Below, in pieces: positions 39,094 to 48,508 of a stretch of DNA of 64,000 bases. The stretch spans positions 704,001-768,000 of the forward strand of contig OZ251219.1 of NCBI GenBank assembly GCA_965240465.1. Direction: 5' to 3'. Made by a program: the position numbers and the translations under genes. Position 1 is the first letter of the stretch; each line of letters starts with the position of its first letter. This DNA comes from a bacterium. Its GTDB lineage: Bacteria; SAR324; JACQKK01. The notes below the pieces were generated by a model that worked only from the letters and a program-made list of their open reading frames with translations, had not been told where the DNA came from and did not search any database.

Positions 39094-39831
39094 TTATTTT
39101 TTAACGATTCCAGAGTTGTACTCAACTAGCAACTCCCAATTTATTTTTCCATCATCACAAAATTTAGAAATAAATCCTGTTAACAAATTATTTCTTATTC
39201 TTTCATAAGCCTTGTTAAATTCCTCATTCTGTTCTGTTGCTTTATATCCTAAGGGTTCTATAAACCTAGTATATAAAATGGTTTCTCCCGATATAAATTT
39301 CCAAAATTCCTGTCCGCAATATTTCAAATACGATCCTTTATCTGGTTTATTATCCTTACCATAGCAACATCCATTTATAGCAATAATATTATCGGACATA
39401 TTCCCACTACTCCTTAAAATAATCTTAGCTTTATCAAAATTTTCCTTCATCTTTTTTATCTGACTACTGTTCCCCCAATTAGGCCCCGATTTTATAGATA
39501 CTAGATAATTAACATTATCTTTAAAGAATTCTAAATCTATCCCTTCTGCACTTGATTTTTTGCCATTATAAACTTTGCTGTTTATAAAAATAGCTAATCC
39601 TTCAAGAAGATTTCCAAAAATAGTTTCTTCTTGTGAAGATAAATGGGCATCAAGTATAAATTTTACCAAATCATCTGCTAGCAAAATATTTTTACATCTA
39701 AATAGGTATGGATTTTTTCGTTTCAGTAACTTCTCTATTTTTAAAGATTGTAATTTTTTAAGCCGAGCATAATGGAATGGTACTCCTATATTTTTCTCAA
39801 TATATTCTATTATCTCATTATCCGTAATCAT
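39094..39831 (-). CDS. Type II restriction endonuclease, PmeII-like
   Basis: KRKNPYLFR, SSQEETIFG, GIDLEF, SIKSGPNWGNSSQ. Coupled by a 4-bp overlap to a methylase; AT-rich. Confidence 0.8.
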   Translation of the reverse strand: MITDNEIIEYIEKNIGVPFHYARLKKLQSLKIEKLLKRKNPYLFRCKNILLADDLVKFILDAHLSSQEETIFGNLLEGLAIFINSKVYNGKKSSAEGIDLEFFKDNVNYLVSIKSGPNWGNSSQIKKMKENFDKAKIILRSSGNMSDNIIAINGCCYGKDNKPDKGSYLKYCGQEFWKFISGETILYTRFIEPLGYKATEQNEEFNKAYERIRNNLLTGFISKFCDDGKINWELLVEYNSGIVKK

Positions 39832-40658
39832 TGAATTCCCAATCTATTATACATTAAGTCTATATATTCAGAATTAGTATCAATACCTATAGAGTACCGA
39901 TCTAATTTATTTGCAGCAATTAATGTTGTTCCACTACCTGCAAATGGATCAAGGACTACATCTCCGACCTCAGTGAATAGTTTTATAAACCATGTAGGTA
40001 AACTTTCTGGAAAAGTCGCACTATGTTGTTTGTTATTACATTCTGTTGATAACTTTAAAACATTAGTTGGATATACTGTGTCTTTGGAGACCCAATTAGA
40101 TATATTTTTCCCAAAACCACTACCAACTTTTGATACATCTCTAATCATATCTGTTTCGCTCAAATTTTTAAGTCTTTGTTTAGACCAACTACCAATAGGT
40201 ACTTTTACATTATCTTGAAACATTTTAAATTTTTTCTGCTTTGTAAAATGCAACAATCGCTCCCAAGAATCTCTAAATCTGTTTGGCCATTTTCCAGGGT
40301 AACAATTTTTTTTATGCCAGATATATTCTTCTGTCCATAACCACCCCTGTTTTCTCATTTCCAGTATTAATTCTAACACATAAGTATGCCGTTCTCCATT
40401 AATTGCTCTTTCTTTGATGTTTAGGATAAAAGACCCTTCTGGATTTAGCACTCTTTTAAATTCATTTGCACGTGGTAAAAACCAATCTACATAACAATCT
40501 GCGGATATACCGCCGTATGTTTTTTTTCGTTGATCTGCATATGGTGGGGATGTAATTATTAAATCTACATAATCATTTTCATACTCTTTTAGTATATTAA
40601 GGCAGTCTCCTTGTTGTATTTTAGGGTTCTTAGCTTCTTTTAAGATACAACTATTCAT
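39828..40658 (-). CDS. N4-cytosine/N6-adenine DNA methyltransferase (beta class)
   Basis: TSPPY catalytic motif before DPFAGSGTT SAM-binding motif; HSATFP. Confidence 0.92.
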   Translation of the reverse strand: MNSCILKEAKNPKIQQGDCLNILKEYENDYVDLIITSPPYADQRKKTYGGISADCYVDWFLPRANEFKRVLNPEGSFILNIKERAINGERHTYVLELILEMRKQGWLWTEEYIWHKKNCYPGKWPNRFRDSWERLLHFTKQKKFKMFQDNVKVPIGSWSKQRLKNLSETDMIRDVSKVGSGFGKNISNWVSKDTVYPTNVLKLSTECNNKQHSATFPESLPTWFIKLFTEVGDVVLDPFAGSGTTLIAANKLDRYSIGIDTNSEYIDLMYNRLGIQ

Positions 40659-40976
40659 AACTATATTCTAACTTAGAATTGTCTGACTAATCAGTTTCTA
40701 GAATAATAACCTATTATCACGATTATTATACCTAGAACAAAACTAATCAATGTATTTTTGTAGATATTGTGTAGAGACATGATGATAAATACCGTATATA
40801 AAATTTAATATTTGACTATTGCTAATTCATCTGGAAACCTGTTATTAAATTCTAAAAAGTTCATACCCATACCTCCATTGATATGACCATATCGTACTCA
40901 ACCATTTAATGTACGTCAAAGGATTATTCCGAGAAGAAATACCTAAGGAGTACCCTAAGTAGCCTTATCAAAAGAA

Positions 40977-41840
40977 ATGCCTAAAAGAATCCACAATCCT
41001 GGTCTGCCCCATAAATTGACCCTGGACAATGAACCTCTGTTGGCTTTTTCCATTGCGGGATTGTCTACCTATTTGCTGGCTCCTCGTTTGAACTGTGCCT
41101 TTGATATGGGTGATTGCCTGCTAGAAGCCCTGCCTTTGGAACACATTTTCATTACCCATGCTCACGGAGACCACACTCGTTGCCTGTTACGCCACCATGC
41201 CTTGCGGCGTATGATGCACATGAAAGATGCTACTTACTATGTTCCTCAGTCCAGCCTTGCGGGATTTTTATCCCTAGCCGAAAGTTGGGAGAAGCTGGAG
41301 CGATTACCTCATCAGCCCCCAGCTTTTCAAGGACTTCAACCCGGCGATAGTATTTTGCTCCATCAACAATTGAGCGTCCAAGTTTTTGCAGTTCATCACA
41401 CTCTGCCTTCTTTGGGATACACCATATTTAACTTGAGAAAAAAACTGCAACCAGCTTATCAAGATTGTTCTTCTCAGGAATTAGCTCAGCTACGCCGTCA
41501 AGGAATAAACTTTGAAGATAAGCATCAATTTCCCAAGCTGACCTTTGTGGGAGATTGCTCAGAAGAAACCCTCTATGAGTGTCCCCAACTAGGAGATGCT
41601 AAGGTACTCTTCCTAGAACTCACCTTCTTGATGGATGATGAACTGGAACTAGCTAAAAAAAGCGGGCATCTCCATATAAATCAGCTGGCTCGCTTTCTTA
41701 AGCAATATCCCGATAAGCTAAACAATCCTCACATTGTACTGAAGCATTTTTCCATGCGATACAGCTCGCAACACGTACACCAACAATTAAAAATAAAACT
41801 ACCCTCTGCCTTCATGCAAAGAGTACATGTACTGATCTAG
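40977..41840 (+). CDS. RNase Z-like metallo-beta-lactamase fold hydrolase
   Basis: SIAG, FDMG, THAHGDH, HTLPSLGY, GD, ELTF, GHLH, HFSMRY. Confidence 0.8.
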   Translation: MPKRIHNPGLPHKLTLDNEPLLAFSIAGLSTYLLAPRLNCAFDMGDCLLEALPLEHIFITHAHGDHTRCLLRHHALRRMMHMKDATYYVPQSSLAGFLSLAESWEKLERLPHQPPAFQGLQPGDSILLHQQLSVQVFAVHHTLPSLGYTIFNLRKKLQPAYQDCSSQELAQLRRQGINFEDKHQFPKLTFVGDCSEETLYECPQLGDAKVLFLELTFLMDDELELAKKSGHLHINQLARFLKQYPDKLNNPHIVLKHFSMRYSSQHVHQQLKIKLPSAFMQRVHVLI

Positions 41841-41880
41841 CTTTATAAGATGCTTTTTTAAGCAAGCAAGCACTAAATAA

Positions 41881-42978
41881 ATGGCAGCTACCAAGACTAA
41901 ATCTTCCCATTTGCTACTGCGAGCTTTGCACTCAGAGCCCACCGAACGCGCCCCAGTGTGGTTGATGCGTCAAGCTGGCCGAAGCGACCCTGAGTACCTA
42001 GCTTATCGTAGGAAGAGCGGCAAACAACTGGAGGAACTATTTGGTAGTGTTTCCGATATGGTAGCCATATCTTTACTCCCCAAAAGATTAGGAGTAGATG
42101 CCTTGATCTTGTTCCAAGACATTTTAACTCCCCTGTCTGCGATGGGATCACCTTTTATTTTTCGTCCTGGTCCGAAATTGATTTCGCCCTTCTATTTTCC
42201 TCAAGCCAAATTGCGATCCCTGAAACCCAAACGCCAGCTATCCTTTATAGGCGATGCCATCACAAAGCTAAGAGAAATCCAAGAACTTCCCTTGTTAGGA
42301 TTCGCAGGGGCACCGCTAACCCTAATCGCCTTCTTGCTGGATGAAGGCAAAAAACTAACCCGCACCCTAGCCTTAGCACGAGAATACCCCCAAAAATTTG
42401 CGGCACTCATGGAGCATCTTACCGATGCCACCATTGATTATTTGCAATTTCAAATAGAAAGCGGAGTACATGCGGTACAGCTATTTGAATCGCTAGGTCA
42501 TTTGATTCCAAAATCCGTTTATGAGGAACTAGTACAACCCAGCCATGAGCGTATTTTTAAGTCCCTGACCGCTCCGAGCATTTTGTTTGTGCGAGGTTCT
42601 CCTTGGTTGGAGGGTATGATCGCCAGTGGTGCTAATGCCTTGAGCGTAGCATCTCATGTGGACTTGGCACTCTTACAGAAGTCACTGCAGAAGTCATTGC
42701 AAAAGTCACCGCAGAAGTCACCGCAGAAGTCACCGCAGAAATCCACCCCAAAACGACTGGCGATACAAGGCAACCTAGATAACAAATTACTACGCGATGG
42801 TCCCTCGTCAGAGATTATAAAAGCCGTAAATGCTTGTTTAGAGGAAACCAATGGGCAAGGACATGTTGTTAATCTCAATCATGGGGTTTTTCAGGACACC
42901 CCATTAGAGCACATTCAAGCCTTTATAGATGCCGTCAAGCGGTGGCGTCCTGCTGGTGGTGGGGGGAGTAGTGGATGA
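41881..42978 (+). CDS. hemE: Uroporphyrinogen decarboxylase
   Basis: PVWLMRQAGR, LLGFAGAP, QLFES, IQGNLD, NLNHG. 12-bp in-frame repeats (QKSP). Confidence 0.93.
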   Translation: MAATKTKSSHLLLRALHSEPTERAPVWLMRQAGRSDPEYLAYRRKSGKQLEELFGSVSDMVAISLLPKRLGVDALILFQDILTPLSAMGSPFIFRPGPKLISPFYFPQAKLRSLKPKRQLSFIGDAITKLREIQELPLLGFAGAPLTLIAFLLDEGKKLTRTLALAREYPQKFAALMEHLTDATIDYLQFQIESGVHAVQLFESLGHLIPKSVYEELVQPSHERIFKSLTAPSILFVRGSPWLEGMIASGANALSVASHVDLALLQKSLQKSLQKSPQKSPQKSPQKSTPKRLAIQGNLDNKLLRDGPSSEIIKAVNACLEETNGQGHVVNLNHGVFQDTPLEHIQAFIDAVKRWRPAGGGGSSG

Positions 42979-43021
42979 TTGCTCTGTTGGGTATGGTAGA
43001 AGTTAGAATCGCTCCTATTAT

Positions 43022-43993
43022 TTGATTATCTTTGGGGCGTCAGTAATTTTTTTTTCAAGAGATAAGTCAGTGGGTGTTAGTGGTCGGGATTATTTGGGGA
43101 GGGTTAGTTTTTCGGATATTAACCATCAAGGTTTGCTGACTTGGCGGGCTTTACTTTATTGGGGGATGTATCCTTTATTGGGGGTTCTTTCTGAGGAGGA
43201 GGTTCGTTCGGAGTTGCAGTTGATTAAGGTTGCTCCGGTGATGTGGGTAGTGCGGGCTATTTTAGGCAAGCGACCGCTAGTGGAGTGTCCTCAGGTGGAG
43301 GGGGGGGAGGTGCAGTTGGAAGGAGCATTTCAACAGCGGTTGTGGGAGGCGGATCGTCAAGTTTTGGGAGGTTCAGGTTCACAGAAGCGTTGGTGGTGGG
43401 AGGTAGGCGTCAATTTATACGGGCGTTCTGATCACCCTAATAAATCGTCCGAGCAACCTTTAACCGAGCCTCCTGTTGCCCGAGTACGCTCTTGGTTGGC
43501 TCTCACTCGCCCTTTTGGCAAAGTTGGTGAGCGTCATTTGGAGTCATTACCGGAGAGTTTATTAAAGCGATTACCTCTGCATTCTTGGATTGGTGGCTGG
43601 CCTGATTGGCGAGGGTTGTCTTTGGAGCCAGTTTGTCCTTGGCAAGAGTTATTGCGGGCTGATCCTCAGCAGTTAAGGTGGGGGCCTCAGCAAACCGATG
43701 GTCTGGGACACGTCAATATGAATGAATCTTTAGCCGCGGTAGAAGGCTATGGAACTCAGCTACTTGCTCGGAACGGAGTGCCTTTGTTTGGCATCCGACC
43801 AGCGGGTTTGCGGGCTTATTTTCGTAAGCCTTTGTTTGCAGGGGATTTAACTAAGGTGCATGGTAAGTTGTGGCGTAGGCGGAACTCCTTTATGTTTTCA
43901 GGAGGGCTTTGGGCTAGTAGCATAAAAAACGGCAGAGAGAGCATTGATGCATCGCCCGCGTTATTTTGTCGGCTACGCTGGCATTTGTTGTGA
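43022..43993 (+). CDS. Hypothetical protein, possible double hot-dog (thioesterase-like) fold
   Basis: DINHQG and TDGLGHVN motifs, 'YFRKPLFAGD'. Start uncertain. Confidence 0.5.
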   Translation: MIIFGASVIFFSRDKSVGVSGRDYLGRVSFSDINHQGLLTWRALLYWGMYPLLGVLSEEEVRSELQLIKVAPVMWVVRAILGKRPLVECPQVEGGEVQLEGAFQQRLWEADRQVLGGSGSQKRWWWEVGVNLYGRSDHPNKSSEQPLTEPPVARVRSWLALTRPFGKVGERHLESLPESLLKRLPLHSWIGGWPDWRGLSLEPVCPWQELLRADPQQLRWGPQQTDGLGHVNMNESLAAVEGYGTQLLARNGVPLFGIRPAGLRAYFRKPLFAGDLTKVHGKLWRRRNSFMFSGGLWASSIKNGRESIDASPALFCRLRWHLL

Positions 43994-44020
43994 TACCAGA
44001 TACGGCACGGCTATAATTAG

Positions 44021-44126
44021 GACGGATATGGCATCAGGCGATGCAATCACATTTGGCGATGCAATCACATTTGGCGATGCAATCACATTTGGCGATGCAA
44101 TCACATCAGACGGATATGGCATCAGG
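44021..44126. repeat. 18-bp tandem repeat x4 nested between an 18-bp direct repeat
   Basis: ggcgatgcaatcacattt units at 44037-44106. gacggatatggcatcagg at 44021 and 44109. Confidence 0.9.
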
Positions 44127-44175
44127 ATACCGCGGGTACTCATTTTAGGATCATTTTATCAGCTGGAAAAACATA

Positions 44176-44472
44176 ATGCAGGCTAAGAAACTAACTCCCA
44201 CCGAGCTTCAGCAATCTTTACTAGAACTCCCAGGCTGGAAGCTAATAGATGGGAAACTACAGCAGGAATTTTGCTTCTCAGATTTTTTGGAGGCTTTTTC
44301 CTTCATGTGTCGGGTAGCCTTGCTGGCTGAGCGTTTCAACCATCACCCTGATTGGAGCAATGTGTACCAAAGGGTTCATATTTCGCTCTTTACCCATGAT
44401 TTGGGATGTTTAAGCACCAAAGATTTAGTACTAGCGCGTCATATTGATCAGGCTGCGGTTGACAAGAAATGA
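44176..44472 (+). CDS. phhB: Pterin-4-alpha-carbinolamine dehydratase
   Basis: F.DFLEAFSFM, AERFNHHPDW.NVY..V...THD. Confidence 0.92.
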   Translation: MQAKKLTPTELQQSLLELPGWKLIDGKLQQEFCFSDFLEAFSFMCRVALLAERFNHHPDWSNVYQRVHISLFTHDLGCLSTKDLVLARHIDQAAVDKK

Positions 44473-44552
44473 TGATATTTACCTTAAAAAAAGATTTTTT
44501 AGCCATATTGTGTTAGACCTATGTTCATGTGGTAGCTGATTGCTATCGTTTG

Positions 44553-44582
44553 CTCTTAGCTAGAGAATATCTAAGAGTTGAG
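44553..44582 (+). promoter_or_regulatory. Conserved inverted-repeat element upstream of both DoxX genes (second copy 45146-45175)
   Basis: CTCTTAG-N11-CTAAGAG within a 30-bp identical block. Confidence 0.55.
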
Positions 44583-44615
44583 AGCGTTTTTTGTCCCTAA
44601 CCCGGAGATTAAATT

Positions 44616-45041
44616 ATGAGTTCAATATTAACCTTTTTTCAAACCAAGTTTGATGTAGTCCTTTTGTTTCTGCGTCTAGTGCTTGGAGTTTTTCTACTAA
44701 TATCGGGATTGGGTAAGATTTCCGGCTTCGCGGTGGAGACCTTTAGGGAACTTAGTGTGTTCCTTCCCTCCATAACCGGTCCTTTTATAACCCTATTGGA
44801 GGTAGTAGGCGGCTTATTCTTAATATTTGGTTTGTTTATCCGTTATACCTCTTTGCTGTTTGTGGTTCAGTTTCTAGTGATTATTCTTTATGTGAATCTA
44901 GTAGTGCAGAAGCTCAGCCTGACTGACACGGAGTTTAGCTTGAACTTAACCATCTTAGCAGGGATTTTAGTTCTCTTATCTCAGGGTGAAGGCTCTTGTT
45001 CATTGAGTAAGGTGCTGGGTATTGATAAACGCATGCTATAG
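44616..45041 (+). CDS. DoxX family membrane protein
   Basis: LRLVLG..L..SGLGK, E.VGGLFLIFGLF.R, G.G..SL. Confidence 0.88.
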   Translation: MSSILTFFQTKFDVVLLFLRLVLGVFLLISGLGKISGFAVETFRELSVFLPSITGPFITLLEVVGGLFLIFGLFIRYTSLLFVVQFLVIILYVNLVVQKLSLTDTEFSLNLTILAGILVLLSQGEGSCSLSKVLGIDKRML

Positions 45042-45058
45042 ACGCTAAGGTGTTGTTT

Positions 45059-45096
45059 CACGGGGAGGGGTTCTAAACTCCTCCTTCGTGCACTTT
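45059..45096 (+). terminator. Hairpin after the first doxX gene
   Basis: cacggggagggg...ctcctccttcgtg imperfect stem with a weak U tail. Confidence 0.45.
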
Positions 45097-45211
45097 GGCT
45101 ACCAAAAAAACATCCGTTCTCATTATGCGGTGACTGTCCGCGATCCTCTTAGCTAGAGAATATCTAAGAGTTGAGGGCGTTTTTTTGTTCCTATATGCAG
45201 GAGGTTAAATT

Positions 45212-45651
45212 ATGAATTCAATGTTAGTGCTTTTTCAAAGCAAGGTTGACCAGTTTTTTGGCTTTGTAGAAGCAAGGTTGACCTGTTTCTTTTGCTTTTG
45301 CGTCTAGTGCTGGGAACTGCATTGCTAAGGTTTGGATTGGAAAAGTCAGGAGACATAGATGGATTTCTGAAATTTCTGGTAGCACTGCTGGACATAATCG
45401 GTGGTTTGTTCCTGATATTTGGCTTATTTGTTCGTTACACTTCATTACCGCTGGCGATCCAGTTATTTGCAATACTTCTTTACGGGATCTGGGCGGTGCA
45501 AGGATACGGCGAATTGGAATTACTCAGTGTGGACTTTGTTTCTAACTTGATCTTGGCATCAGGGATATTAATTCTCTTGTCCCATGGTGGTGGTAGAATA
45601 TCACTGGAACGCCCAATAAAGCGTCTTGCATCATATATTGATGAACCATAG
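45212..45651 (+). pseudogene. Second DoxX paralog frameshifted by a 32-bp internal duplication
   Basis: RBS CAGGAGG and ATG 45212 align with doxX1. aagcaaggttgacc occurs at 45238 and 45270. In-frame TAG at 45305. The DoxX body continues in ORF 45292-45651. Confidence 0.75.
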
Positions 45652-45732
45652 GTGTAAATCTGATGGAGGCTGGTTTTTGCGTTGCTAATGGCAGCAAAAA
45701 AAGGCTCTTGCTGATTTGCAGAGGTGTCGTAT

Positions 45733-45838
45733 CAAGGTATTGTCATACCAAGGTATTGTCATACCAAGGTATTGTCATACCAAGGTATTGTCATACCGAG
45801 ATATTGTCATACCAAGGTATTATACCAAGATATTGTCA
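45733..45838. repeat. 16-bp tandem repeat (ccaaggtattgtcata) resembling the panC 3' end
   Basis: About 6 abutting units running into the panC stop codon. Confidence 0.9.
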
Positions 45839-46650
45839 ATCAATCTTACCTTGCCAAAGCGGGCTGCTAAGCTGATGAGGGTAGGGGGGCTGATTTGGAT
45901 TTGCTCTGCCAGATCTTCTGGATCGGCGAGGCTAAGGTACTCTAGCTGAGCGAGGGGTGCTTTTTTGATGACACGGAGCATTTGTCGCTTGATCTCAGAA
46001 GCGGTGCTTATTTTTTGAGCAATGGCATCGGCTCCGATTTGCAAGGCCTGATACAAACACGGAGCTTGAAGCCGAGCTGTTTTAGTAAGGAGGGCATTTC
46101 GGGAAGATAGTGCTAATCCATCGGGGTTGCGGATGGTCGGACAGATAACGACCTGACAGTCCAATAGCAGGTCTCCGACTAGGCGTTTGATGATGACACA
46201 TTGTTGGGCGTCTTTTTGTCCGAAATAGATTTTTTGGGGGAGGGTGAGGCACAGCAGCTTGGTTATCACGGTAGTTACTCCCTTAAAATGTCCTTGGCGA
46301 TGTTGTCCTTCAAGGAGAGAAGAAAGTTTTGGTAGTTCCACTATGGTTTGTGATTTGGGGGGATAGATTTCTTTTACTGCGGGTGCTAGCAGAGAATCGG
46401 CTCCATTTTCTTGGGCGAGGGCAATATCTTTTTTCATTTGTCGGGGGTAGGCTGCTAGATCAGCTGAGCGGTTAAATTGCAGCGGATTGACAAATATCCA
46501 CACCAAGGTGTGCTTATTTTCGGCTACTGAACGGCGGATGAGAGATAAATGTCCTTCGTGCAGGGCTCCCATTGTGGGGACCAATCCCAGCGGCGAGGGA
46601 ATTTCAGATTTTAGGGTGTGCCAAGCATTCAGCGAGCGTAGTTCTTTCAT
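45820..46650 (-). CDS. panC: Pantoate--beta-alanine ligase
   Basis: VPTMGALHEGH, FVNPLQF, FGQKDAQQ, GLALSSRN, VRLIDN. Confidence 0.97.
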   Translation of the reverse strand: MKELRSLNAWHTLKSEIPSPLGLVPTMGALHEGHLSLIRRSVAENKHTLVWIFVNPLQFNRSADLAAYPRQMKKDIALAQENGADSLLAPAVKEIYPPKSQTIVELPKLSSLLEGQHRQGHFKGVTTVITKLLCLTLPQKIYFGQKDAQQCVIIKRLVGDLLLDCQVVICPTIRNPDGLALSSRNALLTKTARLQAPCLYQALQIGADAIAQKISTASEIKRQMLRVIKKAPLAQLEYLSLADPEDLAEQIQISPPTLISLAARFGKVRLIDNILV

Positions 46651-46745
46651 CAGCAGTTAGCGAGGGTTAGAAGGGGGGGCTTGTTTAGTAAGATGATAGT
46701 ATTTAGATTACACTGGAGAGTTGGCTAGCAGATCAAGGTACTAAA

Positions 46746-47168
46746 ATGAAGAAATTAACTCCAGCCGCGTTATTTTGTTGGTATTATTTGGCAGTAAGTC
46801 CTCAGGGTAAATATGGATTTATCAATGCTAATCAATTGTCGAAGGAATTGGGAGCCACGGTGGATGAACTCATGGCATGCCTAAAAAAAGAAGGTATCCA
46901 TCCCGATGAGGTACTTAATACCGATTTTCCAATGGCACGGCATCAAGTAGAATTACAATTGTTGGCTAATACTTCCTCTGATGGTGTCTTGGGAGAATTG
47001 TTGTCTAAGGCACAAAGAGTGTATACTGTTTGGAGTCTCCAACGTGGTCGGAAGCGCGACTGGGTGGCAGAAATTGCTCAGGAACGGGAGCAAGATAGCG
47101 AGCGTTCTCGTGAGCGTGGGCGTGAGCGTGGGCGTGAGCGTGTCAAAGCACAAAAAGTGGGGTCATAG
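46746..47168 (+). CDS. Hypothetical protein
   Basis: 140-aa ORF divergent from panC; C-terminal 12-bp repeats (RERG). Confidence 0.6.
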   Translation: MKKLTPAALFCWYYLAVSPQGKYGFINANQLSKELGATVDELMACLKKEGIHPDEVLNTDFPMARHQVELQLLANTSSDGVLGELLSKAQRVYTVWSLQRGRKRDWVAEIAQEREQDSERSRERGRERGRERVKAQKVGS

Positions 47169-47215
47169 TTAGTAGGGCGAGGGATATTGGTATTTTTAAT
47201 GATTATTAAGTAAGG

Positions 47216-48490
47216 ATGGAAATGTTTGATTGGTTGTATTCAATATCGGCAGAGTCTTGGCTAGCTTTGGTAGCAGGGATGATAATAACAAGATTTGTGG
47301 TAGAGAGCGGGCTGGATTGGTTAAATTTGCAAAACATAAGGCAGGCCCCTGAGGTAGTGCCTGTTGGTCTTCGGGTATCGGTGGATGTTTTGAAGAAGGG
47401 TTCATCTTATCATAGCGTATTAATGCGGGTTTCTTTGTGGAGGCGGTTGGCAGCGACCCTATTTTTTGGATGGGTAGTATTTGGAGGGATTTTACCTAGT
47501 TTAGCCAGCTGGGTAGATTTGACGGGTTTAGCTGAGTCGCATCAGTTTGTTTTGTATTTTGGGGCATTGGGATTGTTATTCTTTGTATTTTCATTACCTT
47601 GGGGGTGGCACAGAACTTTTTCAGTGGAGGAACGCTTTGGCTTTAACAAACAAAAACCAGCTAGCTGGTGGCTGGATGTAGCAAAGAAATTATTGGTAGC
47701 TGCTTGTTTTGGTATCCCTTTGGCGTATGCGGCTTTTTGGTGTTTAGTGCTCAGCGAGAGCTGGTGGTGGCTGTATCTGAGTCTATTGTTTATCTTATGG
47801 GGGGCATTGGTAATGTGGTTATTCCCGACCGTGATTGTGCCCTTATTCAATCGCCTGACGCCACTGCCAGAAGGTGAATTGAGCTCTCGTTTGGAATCCT
47901 TGGCGGAACGGGAAAGATTTGCTTGTCGGGGTATATTTGTTCTGGATGCCTCCCAGCGTTCAGGACATTCCAACGCCTTTTTTGCGGGATTGTTTCAACC
48001 TCGCATCGTTTTGTTTGACACTTTGGTAGAAGAAATTTCTCCTCAGGAATGTGAAGCAGTTTTGGCACATGAGATCGGTCATTATAAGCTGGGACACATG
48101 CTCTGGAATTTGCTGGCAGCATCCATAACGCAAATAATGAGGTTCTTTGTTTTGAGCTTGATCCTGATTGCTCCTAAATGGTCAGTAGCCTTTGGATTTA
48201 ACCAACCTTCCTTAGCAGGAGAAATAGCATTGTTGCTTTTGTTGTCGGGTCCGCTGTTTTTCTTTTTATCCCCGCTAAGTGCGATGCTTTCTAGACGCTT
48301 TGAATACCAAGCCGATGCCTTTGCTTGCCGTGCCGTCGGAGAAAGCAAGCCTCTGGAAACAGCTCTGCTATCACTGAGTAAGCACAATCTAGCTAATTTT
48401 CATCCTCATCGTTTGTTCAGCATTTATCACCACAGTCATCCTACCTTGGTAGAAAGAATAGCGGCTATGGCTAAGCTGCAAAAGGTTTAG
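47216..48490 (+). CDS. M48 family (Ste24-like) membrane zinc metalloprotease
   Basis: EERFGFNK, DASQRSGHSNAFF, LAHEIGH, RRFEYQAD, HSHPTLVERI. Confidence 0.93.
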   Translation: MEMFDWLYSISAESWLALVAGMIITRFVVESGLDWLNLQNIRQAPEVVPVGLRVSVDVLKKGSSYHSVLMRVSLWRRLAATLFFGWVVFGGILPSLASWVDLTGLAESHQFVLYFGALGLLFFVFSLPWGWHRTFSVEERFGFNKQKPASWWLDVAKKLLVAACFGIPLAYAAFWCLVLSESWWWLYLSLLFILWGALVMWLFPTVIVPLFNRLTPLPEGELSSRLESLAERERFACRGIFVLDASQRSGHSNAFFAGLFQPRIVLFDTLVEEISPQECEAVLAHEIGHYKLGHMLWNLLAASITQIMRFFVLSLILIAPKWSVAFGFNQPSLAGEIALLLLLSGPLFFFLSPLSAMLSRRFEYQADAFACRAVGESKPLETALLSLSKHNLANFHPHRLFSIYHHSHPTLVERIAAMAKLQKV

Positions 48491-48508
48491 TCCTGCGAAG
48501 GTCTGCCT

